Below, one piece after another: positions 1 through 9,200 of a stretch of DNA of 64,000 nt. A program made the translations under genes and the position numbers. Under the pieces are notes generated by a model. That model saw nothing but the letters and a program-made list of their open reading frames with translations. It did not search any database and was not told the DNA's origin. Every line of letters begins with the position of its first letter. Position 1 is the first letter of the stretch. Origin of the DNA: Gemmatimonadales bacterium (GTDB taxonomy: Bacteria; Gemmatimonadota; Gemmatimonadetes; Gemmatimonadales; GWC2-71-9); NCBI GenBank assembly GCA_035759745.1, contig DASTUF010000077.1, positions 4,154 through 68,153 of the forward strand. Direction: 5' to 3'.

Positions 1-626
1 CGCCACCACCTCCGCCACCGCCACCACCGCCACCGCAATCCGGGTTGATGTCGGGGTTGCAGATCGCCTGCGTCCCAACGGTACCTTGATCATGGGTGCG
101 CTGCAGCTTGGCCTCCACTGGCCCAAGGAGCAGAACTGCGATGGGTGTGGGTTCCGTGCTCGATCGATCTATGACGAACGATTCTCCGCGGGGCAGGCAC
201 GCCCTAAGCTCACTCGTCTCGTCAACCAATGCTGCAACCGCGAGAGGGGCGTCTGGCGTCCAAGTTGCACGATGGGCGCTGAAAGGGATGTACACGTCGA
301 TGTCTGGGACATCACGAAGCTCACCCGCGTGGAACAAGCCGCGTCCCGCCGCAGATTGTAGGAATTCACGACCGACCAACTTCGACTCAGAGAATGTGGA
401 CGCTTGCAGTGCCTCGTAAAGCCTCCGTCGCTCGTGCGGTTGTGAAAGCTTCTGTGCCAAGACCTTGGCGAGCCTCTGAAGTGCGGTCGCCTGAGCAGGC
501 GCAAAGCCGCGCTGGGAGGTAACGGCCGCCGCCCGCAGATCAAGGTCTGGCGGCGCGGGTTGCACAGGTTCGCTGCACCCAAGCACCGCCGCTCCGCAGA
601 TGATGATCGCCAATCTTTTGCCTCAT
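1..626 (-). CDS. Partial hypothetical lipoprotein (C-terminal part lies beyond the left window edge; ends in a poly-Gly run)
   Basis: Absent from the ORF track because it has no stop in the window. Manual minus-strand translation is open from nt 1 to ~622: ..LAIIICGAAVLGCSEPVQPAPPDLDLRAAAVTSQRGF...ICNPDINPDCGGGGGGGGGGG. A lipobox-like VLGC follows a hydrophobic stretch. The only in-frame start is TTG at 613. An ATG at 626, preceded by GGGGAG, is one nt out of frame. Confidence 0.45.
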
Positions 627-942
627 CGACTCCCCGCTTTCCGTTTTGCCAGTGGTTGACAGCCTGAAACCCGCCAGGATGCGCGGGACAGCAACCTGTG
701 GCAGTTGAGTCAACGGTTATTCAACGCGCATTCAATGGAGCGGAGAGTTTGCTAGAGGCGTGGCTAGCTAAGTAGTTGCACATCTTCCACATAGTTCTTT
801 GAGTGGTTGACTCGGCATTGCATACCTCGTTACGCGCGGCACGAAGCCATACCGCGTCGCCGCAGAGCCTCGGCTTCAGCCGAGGCCATGCCGGGCCGCG
901 AGTTCACTCGCGACGACAACGCGAGCGGCGCGCAGCTGCCCC

Positions 943-991
943 CTACGCCGCCTCCTTCATCCGGTCCAGCATCCGGGTACTGGATCGCTTC
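943..991 (-). pseudogene. Displaced degenerate copy of the comM 3' end (last ~15 codons plus stop, with a 1-nt indel)
   Basis: ctacgccgccTccttcatccggtccagcAtCcgGgtactggatcgcttc (943-991) matches the true comM 3' end at 1902-1949 with 3 substitutions and 1 indel. It translates as ..LTEAIQY(fs)RMLDRMKEAA* against comM ..VAEAIQYRTLDRMKAAA*. Weaker ComM-like residues continue to about 1060 in shifted frames. Confidence 0.55.
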
Positions 992-1167
992 CGTCAGGCA
1001 CCGCCGAATAGCCGCACGTCCCAGGTGACCGGCCGGGGCGGATGCAGCTCTATCTGCCGAAAATCGGCATGCAGTGGGTTGAGCAGGATGTGCTGCTGTG
1101 ACAGGCGGGCGTTGAATGCCGGAACGATGAGGGTCCGTATGGCGCGCCGATCTCGGAGCGCTGCGGC

Positions 1168-1488
1168 TCAGGTCAGCACGCGAAGTCCATGCTTCTGCAC
1201 AACGGCCAGCAGCCGCAGTGCCGGCCCGCTTGGGCGCTTGGCACCGCTTTCCCACTTCTGCACCGTGCTCTCGCTGCTGTTCAGGTACCTTGCGAAGACC
1301 GGCTGGCTCACCTTCTCCCTGCGCCGGAGCTGCCTGATTTCGGCTGGCGACATCATGCCCGGAGTGGCAAGACATGTCTCGTCGAACGTGCGCATGGTCG
1401 TGGCGTCGATGGCGCCAATGCGACGGAGCGCCGCCGCGGACTCCCGAATCGCTGCGAATGCGTCACTCTTGTACTTTCTCCGTGCCAT
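1168..1488 (-). CDS. XRE-family helix-turn-helix antitoxin (YiaG/NadS-like, COG2944-type)
   Basis: 106 aa. The segment MSPAEIRQLRRREKVSQPVFARYLNSSESTVQKWESGAKRPSGPALRLLAVVQKHGL is the typical HTH_XRE antitoxin layout. It overlaps the upstream toxin gene by 26 nt. Confidence 0.8.
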   Translation of the reverse strand: MARRKYKSDAFAAIRESAAALRRIGAIDATTMRTFDETCLATPGMMSPAEIRQLRRREKVSQPVFARYLNSSESTVQKWESGAKRPSGPALRLLAVVQKHGLRVLT

Positions 1489-1864
1489 TGCAGATCTCCT
1501 TCCAGTCTCCGGCCCTGACGAGTCTGCTTACCTGGTCGTCAGTCAGGCGAGCGTAAACGTCGGCGAGGTCCCGGAAGGCCCGAAGCTCATCCTCCTCAAT
1601 CCCTGAACGATTCTGCTTGTCGAACAGGTACTGGAACACCCAGTACCTGCTTCCCCGGCCCAGAATGATGGCTCGTTTTCGATTCTGATCGAGCCTCTTC
1701 TTCCAGACCCCGCCACCCAGATCTTCAGCCTTCGCATCCATGACATCTCGAGCGGCTCCGCAAAGCTGCTTGTCGGCAATAGACGCCTTGCGGGCTGCTC
1801 GGGCGAAGGGCTTGGCCTTGAAGACTCGCCGTCCGCGTGGAGCCTCGCTCTCAAAAGGTAGCAC
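1463..1864 (-). CDS. RelE/ParE-superfamily type II toxin (COG4737-like)
   Basis: 133 aa. VFKAKPFARAARKASIADKQLCGAARDVMDAKAEDLGGGVWKKRL...RYWVFQYLFDKQNRSGIEEDELRAFRDLADVYARLTDDQVSRLVRAGDWKEI fits the family pattern (F.TK.FaRwa ... DLGGG.yKkR ... F.KnerdNI...El). There is no ATG upstream of the conserved N-terminus, so the start is GTG at 1864. Confidence 0.75.
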   Translation of the reverse strand: MLPFESEAPRGRRVFKAKPFARAARKASIADKQLCGAARDVMDAKAEDLGGGVWKKRLDQNRKRAIILGRGSRYWVFQYLFDKQNRSGIEEDELRAFRDLADVYARLTDDQVSRLVRAGDWKEICNGTEKVQE

Positions 1865-1873
1865 TTAGTGCTA
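1857..1873. promoter_or_regulatory. Perfect 8-1-8 palindrome GTAGCACT-T-AGTGCTAC over the toxin start codon (candidate TA operator)
   Basis: Read directly: gtagcacttagtgctac. It lies in the 37-nt gap between the comM stop (1902) and the toxin GTG (1864). Type II TA operons are usually autoregulated at palindromes near the start. Confidence 0.4.
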
Positions 1874-1901
1874 CGTACAGCAAGGGTCGTTTCATGGTCG
1901 C

Positions 1902-3440
1902 CTACGCCGCCGCCTTCATCCGGTCCAGCGTGCGGTACTGGATCGCTTCGGCCACGTCCGCGGCAGTGATCTCGGCCCGGGCGTCGAGGTCCGCGATAGT
2001 GCGCGAGATCTTGATGATCCGGTGGTATGCCCGCGCCGAGAATCCCAGCCGGTGCATGGCGGTGCGGAGAAGCCGCTCCGCGGCATCGGGCAGCTGGCAG
2101 AGCTGCCGAAGATCTCGCGCCACCATGTGGGCATTGGCGTGCACGCCGGGCCGGTCGCGGAAGCGTTCTCGCTGCACGTCCCTCGCCCGCTCTACCCGAT
2201 CCCGGATGGCGGCGCTCGGTTCCTCCTGCCGTTCGGCCGTGAGTTCGCGATGGGCCACCGCCGGCACATGCAGGTGGATGTCGATCCGATCCAGCAGTGG
2301 GCCTGACACCCGCGACAGGTAACGCTCGATGCTCTGCTGGTCGCAGCGGCAGGGGTGCGCCGGATCGCCATGGTGGCCGCAGGGACAGGGGTTCATCGCC
2401 GCCGCCAGCATGAAGCGCGCGGGATAGGTCAGGCTCACCGCCGCACGCGAGAGCGTGACGGTGCCGTCTTCCATCGGCTGCCGCATCACTTCCAGCACGT
2501 TCTTGCGGAACTCGGGCAGCTCATCCAGGAAGAGCACGCCGCCATGGGCCAGGCTCACCTCGCCCGGCCGCGGGTTGGAGCCGCCGCCGATCAGTCCGGC
2601 ATCGCTGATGGTGTGATGCGGCGCCCGGAAGGGGCGCACCGCGCAGAGCGACTGGCCGTGCCGAAGCGCGCCGGCGACACTGTGGATCTTGGTGGTCTCC
2701 AGCGCCTCTTCCAGTGTCATCGACGGCAGGATGGTGGGGAGCCGCCGCGCCAGCATGGTCTTGCCCGCACCAGGAGGGCCCACCAGCAGCAGGTTGTGCG
2801 ACCCCGCCGCAGCGATCTCGAGTGCCCGCTTGGCCGACGCCTGCCCCTTCACGTCGGCGAAGTCGACCACATCCAGCGCGCGCTCCCGCATCAGCGCCTT
2901 CAGGTCCACCCGCATCGCGTTGAGGGTGTCGTCGCCGTGGAGCCACCGGCAAACATCCATCAGGCAGCTGCCGCCCCGGATTTCCAGTCCTTCCACCACT
3001 GACGCCTCGGCCAGGTTGGCTTCGGGCAGCACGATCCCTCGGCACCCCGCCGCCCGCGCCGCCAGCGCCATGGACAGTGCGCCCCGCACCGGGCGCAGGT
3101 CCCCCTCCAGCCCCACCTCGCCCAGCACCACCACCCCGTCCAGCCGGCCGCCGTCTACCTGACCGCTGGCCGCCAGGATGCCCAGCGCTATGGGGAGGTC
3201 GAGCGCCGAGCCGTCCTTACGGATGTCCGCGGGTGCGAGATTGACAGTGATCCGCCGGAGCGGGAACTCGAACCCGGCGTTGTGGAGCGCCGCGTTGACC
3301 CGCTCCCGGCCCTCCTTGACCGCGCCCTGCGGCAGTCCCACGGTAGCGAAGGTGGGCATGCCGAAGGCGATGTCGACCTCGACGTCCATGAGATAGGCGT
3401 CGACGCCGAGGAGTGCGGCGGACCGGATGCGGGCAAGCAT
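1902..3440 (-). CDS. comM: Mg-chelatase-like AAA+ ATPase ComM/YifB
   Basis: 512 aa. N-terminal Lon-like domain (LLGVDAYLMDVEVDI), Walker A LLLVGPPGAGKTML, VLFLDELPEF, zinc-finger-like CPCGHHGDPAHPCRC, C-terminal ..AEAIQYR. Confidence 0.9.
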   Translation of the reverse strand: MLARIRSAALLGVDAYLMDVEVDIAFGMPTFATVGLPQGAVKEGRERVNAALHNAGFEFPLRRITVNLAPADIRKDGSALDLPIALGILAASGQVDGGRLDGVVVLGEVGLEGDLRPVRGALSMALAARAAGCRGIVLPEANLAEASVVEGLEIRGGSCLMDVCRWLHGDDTLNAMRVDLKALMRERALDVVDFADVKGQASAKRALEIAAAGSHNLLLVGPPGAGKTMLARRLPTILPSMTLEEALETTKIHSVAGALRHGQSLCAVRPFRAPHHTISDAGLIGGGSNPRPGEVSLAHGGVLFLDELPEFRKNVLEVMRQPMEDGTVTLSRAAVSLTYPARFMLAAAMNPCPCGHHGDPAHPCRCDQQSIERYLSRVSGPLLDRIDIHLHVPAVAHRELTAERQEEPSAAIRDRVERARDVQRERFRDRPGVHANAHMVARDLRQLCQLPDAAERLLRTAMHRLGFSARAYHRIIKISRTIADLDARAEITAADVAEAIQYRTLDRMKAAA

Positions 3441-3686
3441 GGGCCACGATAGCGCCGAGCCGCCCGGGCTCCGTCATCATTCCATCGCCGCACCGTGCAG
3501 AACCTCGCATACCAGCCCGCGCGACCCACTTCGCACTTCACCAGACCCACACTCCCGCACCGCCCGAGACTCCCACACTCAAGCGCCCATCCATCAAGCA
3601 CTTGCCAAGCCCGTTGCCGACGGCCCGCTTTTCGCACTTCTCCATTGAAAGCGACCCTCTCGCACTGACCGCAACCGATCTGGTGC

Positions 3687-4421
3687 ATGTCCACACCCGC
3701 GCAGCACATCGCCTCGACTGACCGTCCCTCGCTGGACGCCTGGCCCCATGCCGTCATGGGCGCGCTCGCCCTGCTGATCACCCTGATCTCGGTCCACCTG
3801 GTCCGGCTGACCTGGTTCGACACCCCGGCCTCGCAGCCGCTGAACCAGCCGGCTCCCGTCTGGCATGCCCGTCCCTCCCTGCCGCTGGCGGGCAGTGACG
3901 TGGCGGCGCAAGCGGTGGTCGCACGGCTGGCCCGGAGCGACTTCGCGGACTCGATGTTTGCGGTGCTGGGCGCCCCCAGCGCGCCGATCGGCCTGGTGGG
4001 CGAGGCTGGCCGCAAGGCCGAGCACATTGGCGAGTACATTGCCTCGCGAGACTCGATAGCGCTGGCGCCGCAGGCCATTCACTCCGATGCCCAGCTGGCC
4101 CACGCCCTGGTGCACGAGTTGGCCCACCTCTGGCTGGCGCACCACCCCGACGCCTCCGCTGCGTTCCAGCGCACCCTCCCACCGCTGGAAGACAGCTCGC
4201 GCTATGGCTTCGGCGACCGCAGTGAGCACGCCGCCGAAGCGCTGGCCCACGCGATTCAGTTCTGGCGCGCCTCCAGCATGGTGCGCGGCACCGGGGCCCA
4301 GCTTCGCCTCCTCGCCGCCTACGAGTCGATCATGCCCGGCGCCACCTCGGCGCTGGCGATGCTCGACGCCCACGGCGCCTTCTTCAACGCCGGTCTGGAC
4401 ACCGGGGTCCCTCTGCCATGA
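3687..4421 (+). CDS. Membrane-anchored hypothetical protein with HExxH zinc-metalloprotease motif
   Basis: 244 aa. One N-terminal TM segment (AVMGALALLITLISVHLV) and the motif HALVHELAHLWLAHH. High GC3. Its stop overlaps the ftsH-like start (ATGA at 4418-4421). Confidence 0.6.
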   Translation: MSTPAQHIASTDRPSLDAWPHAVMGALALLITLISVHLVRLTWFDTPASQPLNQPAPVWHARPSLPLAGSDVAAQAVVARLARSDFADSMFAVLGAPSAPIGLVGEAGRKAEHIGEYIASRDSIALAPQAIHSDAQLAHALVHELAHLWLAHHPDASAAFQRTLPPLEDSSRYGFGDRSEHAAEALAHAIQFWRASSMVRGTGAQLRLLAAYESIMPGATSALAMLDAHGAFFNAGLDTGVPLP

Positions 4422-6157
4422 ACCGCCTGAAGCACCGGGTCGCGCTGGGGATCGGTACCGGCCTGGTCGCGCTGCTCGTGCTTGCCGCCGCAGTGAAGGT
4501 CTTCGCACCCGCTCCCGCCGTCAGCATCTCCTATTCGACGCTGCTCACCGAGCTCGGCGCGAGCAAGCTGGACTCACTGGTGGTCGTTCCCGGCCGGGAG
4601 ATCCTCGCCTGGCGAGGCGCTGACCGGCTTCGTGCCGCGTATACCGCCGCCGAAGTGGAACCGCTCGTCGCACGGGCGATGGCCGCCGGTACCGCTGTTG
4701 GATTTCGGAGCGGCGGAGGCGACACCCGCACCTTCGCACTGGTGGGCGCGGTGCTGCTCGTCGCCGCCGGCGCCATCGCCTTCCGCCACCGGCTGGGCGG
4801 ACCGTCCGCCCAGACCGACCTCGGAGCCCGCTCGTCATCCCGCACCACTTTCGCCGATGTGGCGGGCAACGGCGGCGCCGTGAGTGACCTGCGCGAAGTC
4901 GTGAGCTTCCTTCAGGACGGCGAAAAGTTCGCCCGAATAGGTGCGCGCGCCCCGCGCGGAATCCTGCTCTACGGTCCTCCCGGTACCGGCAAGACCCTGA
5001 TGGCGCGTGCGGTGGCCGGCGAGGCCGGTGTGCCCTTCTGGACCATCTCCGGCTCCGAAGTGACCGGCTTCATCGTGGGTCTCGGCGCGCTGCGCATCAA
5101 GTCGCTGTTCCGGAAAGCCCGTCGCCAGGGCGGCGTGATCTTCATCGACGAGCTCGACGCGCTGGGCGGGAAGCGGGGGCGGAACCAGTCACATAATGAA
5201 GACGACCGCACCCTCAACCAGCTGCTGGTGGAAATGGACGGCTTTACGCCGTCGCAGGACGTCGTGGTGATCGCGGCGACCAACCGGCCGGACGATCTCG
5301 ACGCCGCGCTGCTCCGCCCCGGCCGGTTCGACCGGTCGGTAGCCGTCGGACTGCCTACGTCGGCCGAGCGAAAGGAAATCCTCGGCCTGCATGTGCGGAA
5401 TCGGCGAGTACCACTGGCGGCGGGAGTGGACCTGGGCCGCCTGGCGCGTCTGACGCCGCAGACCAGTGGCGCGGACCTGGCAAACCTGGTCAACGAGGCA
5501 GCCATCGTCGCCGCCCGGGAGGACGCAGGCACCGTCAACTGGAGCCACGTGGAGGCAGCGCGCGACCGGATGCTGCTGGGCAAGGAACGCAGCAACCTCG
5601 AGGCGAGCTCGCAGGAATGGCGGATCGTGGCGATGCATGAGGCCGGGCATGCGCTGCTGGGCGTGCGCTGGTGTCCTGAGGACCCGCTCCACAAAGTGAC
5701 CATCCTGCCCCGGGGCCAGGCGATGGGGGTGGCCTACTTCGCGCCTGACAGCGACCGGCACCTGCACTCGAAGCGCTACCTCGAGGGCCAGATTCTCAAG
5801 GGACTGGGCGGACGCGCCGCCGAGGAAGTGCTGTTCGGCACCGATCAGGTGACCAGCGGAGCCCGCAGCGACCTCCAGCATGTCACCCGGATCGCGCGGG
5901 AGATGATCTATCACCTCGGGATGGGCGAAACGGCGGGCCTGATGGTGTACGACGCCGACGCGCCACCGAGCGACGAAGTCCGCGCGCTCATGGACCGGGA
6001 AGTACGCGCGCTGATCGACCGGCTGTACCAGGTTGCGTTGCGGACCGTGCGCAAGGATCAGGCGGCCCTGGTCGCACTGGGAGAGGCGCTGCTGGAGCAC
6101 GAGACGCTGGACGGGGTGGAGGCGGTTGAGCTGCTAGGCGTAGGGCGTGTGGCGTAG
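4418..6157 (+). CDS. ftsH: FtsH-family ATP-dependent zinc metalloprotease (paralog)
   Basis: 579 aa. Two TM segments flank a periplasmic region. Walker A GPPGTGKTLMA, Walker B IFIDELDA, second region of homology, M41 motif HEAGHALL. Confidence 0.88.
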   Translation: MNRLKHRVALGIGTGLVALLVLAAAVKVFAPAPAVSISYSTLLTELGASKLDSLVVVPGREILAWRGADRLRAAYTAAEVEPLVARAMAAGTAVGFRSGGGDTRTFALVGAVLLVAAGAIAFRHRLGGPSAQTDLGARSSSRTTFADVAGNGGAVSDLREVVSFLQDGEKFARIGARAPRGILLYGPPGTGKTLMARAVAGEAGVPFWTISGSEVTGFIVGLGALRIKSLFRKARRQGGVIFIDELDALGGKRGRNQSHNEDDRTLNQLLVEMDGFTPSQDVVVIAATNRPDDLDAALLRPGRFDRSVAVGLPTSAERKEILGLHVRNRRVPLAAGVDLGRLARLTPQTSGADLANLVNEAAIVAAREDAGTVNWSHVEAARDRMLLGKERSNLEASSQEWRIVAMHEAGHALLGVRWCPEDPLHKVTILPRGQAMGVAYFAPDSDRHLHSKRYLEGQILKGLGGRAAEEVLFGTDQVTSGARSDLQHVTRIAREMIYHLGMGETAGLMVYDADAPPSDEVRALMDREVRALIDRLYQVALRTVRKDQAALVALGEALLEHETLDGVEAVELLGVGRVA

Positions 6158-6204
6158 GGCGTAGGGCGTGGGACCTCACGCCCCACGCCTCACGCCTCAC
6201 GCCC
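6137..6204. repeat. Heptamer tandem repeat hairpin, GGCGTAG family (5 units, then 4 inverted CCTCACG units)
   Basis: ggcgtag ggcgtgt ggcgtag ggcgtag ggcgtgg ga cctcacg ccccacg cctcacg cctcacg ccc. The ftsH stop (6155-6157) lies in the left arm and the kinase stop (6190-6192) in the right arm. Confidence 0.85.
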
Positions 6205-9200
6205 AAACTTCACTTCCACAGAAGTGCGACCATCTTCGCTCTCCACTGTCACCCTCGCGCCCCAGCTCTCCACCAGCCGTTTCACAATCGCGAGCCCCAG
6301 GCCCGATCCACTCGTGTTAGTGGAGAACTGCGGCTCGAAGACCCTCGGCAGCAACTCCGCAGGGATACCCACGCCATCGTCGCTGACGGCCAGCAGGCCG
6401 TTGCTGACGCGGACGTGCACCTTCCTCGCGCCGGCGGCGCGGGCGTTCTCCAGCAGGTTGACCAGCACTTCCTTTACTTCATCCTTTCGGGCGCCGACCA
6501 TGACACCGCTCGCTGCTTCGAGTGCGACCGCCGCCGCCTCGCCTGCCCCCGCCAGCGCGTAGAGCTGCACCACCTCGGCCGCCGTGGTTCCCAGGTCCAC
6601 TGTCTCGAGCGGCGTGGGAGCTTCGGGCGGCGCGGCGAATCGGCTGAACGCGCGGGCGATGGTGTCGAGCCGATCGATTTCCGAAAGAATCCTGCCGCTG
6701 GTCTCGTCCAGGACCGCACCGAAGTCGGCCCTGCCTCCCTTGTACACCCGCTGCAGGTGCTGGATGCCCAGCCGCACCGGCGTCAGCGGATTCTTGATCT
6801 CGTGCGCCACCTGGCGCGCCATGTCGCCCCACGCGAGCACCCGCTCCGCCCGTGACACGTCGGTCACGTCGGTCATCGCCAGCACGATGCCGCTCAGCTC
6901 GGTGCCCAGCGGTGCGATCTCCAGCGACACCCGGCGCTCGCCCACCGTGAACTCGGCGGCGTCGCGGATGGTGGCCGGGTCGCGAAGCGCACGCGTCACC
7001 TCGTCGCCGACTTCGGCCCACGCCGATGCCAGCCGGGCGCCGAACTCGTCGCCTTCCGTCAACGTACACCCCAGCAGTTCGCGCGCGCTGCGATTCGCCA
7101 GCATCACTTTGCCGTCCGGATCCAGCGCAACCACACCCGTGGTCACGGTCGCCAGCACCGTCGCCGTGCGCCGGCGCGCCTGCTCCAGTGCGGCCTGGCT
7201 GGCGCGGACATCGGCGGCCATTCGCTGGAAGGCGCCGAATACCGGTTCGAACTCCACCGGCGGGGTTGACGTCGGCAATGGCGTGGCTTCGCCCTGGCCC
7301 AGCGCGATGGCGGACCGCCGCAGGTCCGCCACCGGCCGGCTGAGCGCCCGTGACGCAACCCTGGCCCCAAACGCTGCCGCTGCGATGCCGGCAAGTGTCG
7401 CCAGCAGCAGCACGAATGCGAGTTCCCGCTGCTCCCCGTTGACGTCGAGGCTGGTGCCTGGTTGCGGCGTTGCCAGCACCCCCAGTCCACTCGGGGGCCC
7501 GAATTCCACCACCCGGAATCCGACCCGGTCGGCCAGTTCCGGCACCGCGCCGGCGCGCATCACTTCCTGCTCGCCGTCCAGCGCCAGCGCCTGGAACGCA
7601 CCCGGGTCCATCAGCGGCGGAATGATGCCGAGGTCACCCAGCACCGGGGCGCTGGTGGCGACGAGCGATCCGCCCCGGTAGAGCGCAAGGTCGGCGTTTA
7701 CCCGCTCGCCCAGTCCGGCAAGGGCCTGGTCCACCGGCGCGCCGGGCGACCGCAACAGATCCTGAGCGCCCTGTGCCGCGTCCCGCAGCGTCTGTGCGAT
7801 CAGCAGGTCACGTCCGCGCCGCGCCTCGTCACCGAAGTGCGAAAAGGACCAGAGCGCGAACGCCACCGTGGGCAGCACAAAGAAGAGCGCGAGGGCCAGC
7901 GCCAGCCGCAGCCGGAACGAGCCCAGGATTCGGCGCCACCCGAGGTGCAACCCGCTGGCGCCGCTCAATGCCCTGAAGGCCAGCCAGAGCGCGCCGAGCA
8001 CGCTCATGTCGAGCACGATGAACAGCAGTCCGCGCACTGCAAGCGAGTAGGGAGAGCTGAGCGTCACTCGTGCTGTCACTTCGCGGATTCCGCCCGGCAG
8101 CGGTACCGGCCCCACCAGTCGCAGGATCCGTCCGTCGCGGCTCCAGCCTGAGGAGCCGGTGGGCGTTGCCTCGTCCACCCGCGGGCCAAGCAGCAATCGG
8201 TACCCGGGTGCCGGCCGCGAACCGGGAGCCAGCAGATGCCCCAGCCGGCTGCGAGCGACCAGCGCGGTGCGAGGCGCTGCCACCACCACCAGCGCGCGCT
8301 GCCCCCGAAGCCGCAGCGCGAGTACGTGGTGCGCACCGGGCGCGGCTCCTATCAGGCGGATGTCCAGTGCGCCGGCGCTGTCAGGCAACTCACGTGCGAT
8401 GGCGTGGAGCACGTCGCCGGGAACGCTCAGCGAGTCGAGCGCCAGGTGGGCCGTTGCGCCTTCCGTGTCGCCGAAGATCCAGAGCTCGACCGGGAACTGC
8501 CTCCGTGCGAGTTCGGAGCCTTGCCAGAGCGCGTAGAGGTCGGCAGCGGTGGACGGGTCGGGGGAGGCCACCGCATCCCGCGCCAGCGCGGCCAATGCAG
8601 GTACGGCGAAGGGGTCGGGCCCCTGCGCCAGTCGGGACACATCGGTCTGGGCCGCCATGGGAGCCGCTTCCGCGTGGGCCCGCCACAGTTCCAGAGAGGC
8701 GAACACACCCAGCGTCGCGGCGATGGCGGCGATCGTGACCGGTACCCGCGCGGGCAGCACCGCCAGACCGATTGCGACGGCATACCCCAGCACGACCCCG
8801 ATCGGCCAGCTTGCGCCGGGGCCCCACGTGAATGTCAGCACCAGACTGAGCGCGGCGGCGAGCCCGGCACCGACGACCGGGAGGTGCCGCGCCCACGAAG
8901 GCGAGTTCCCTCGCAGCAGGGCTGCTGCGGCCACGGCAAGCGGGGCAGCGATCAGCACCAGGCTCAGCTGCCACAGTACCCATTGCCCCAGCGATGGCGC
9001 TGGAGGCATCGGTGCAAGCGCGCCGCCGAAATGCCACAGCGCAGCGGCCGACAGGAGTGTGAGCGCCAGGGCGACGATTCGATGCGTCACGCCGGTGCGC
9101 GCGGCTCCGCGCCAGAGCCAGACCGCGCCCAGCAGCAGGAAGAGCCCAGTCAGCGCCAGGGCGCCGGATGACTCCGAGAAGGGACCGAGGAGGGGTTCGC

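Noticed and set aside
860-925. Two GC hairpins with TTCA tetraloops (gcctcggc-ttca-gccgaggc and cgcgag-ttca-ctcgcg), considered as a tRNA or sRNA.
   Set aside because: The stem and loop lengths do not fit tRNA arms, and there is no supporting promoter or terminator context. They are probably decayed remnants or terminator-like hairpins next to the comM-end remnant.
803-1606. 267-aa plus-strand ORF (and 830-1375 on the minus strand) overlapping the antitoxin and the comM remnant.
   Set aside because: The translation is Arg/Ser/Ala-rich with no domain. It overlaps a well-supported antitoxin on the other strand. The region is better explained as decayed comM 3' sequence plus non-coding DNA.
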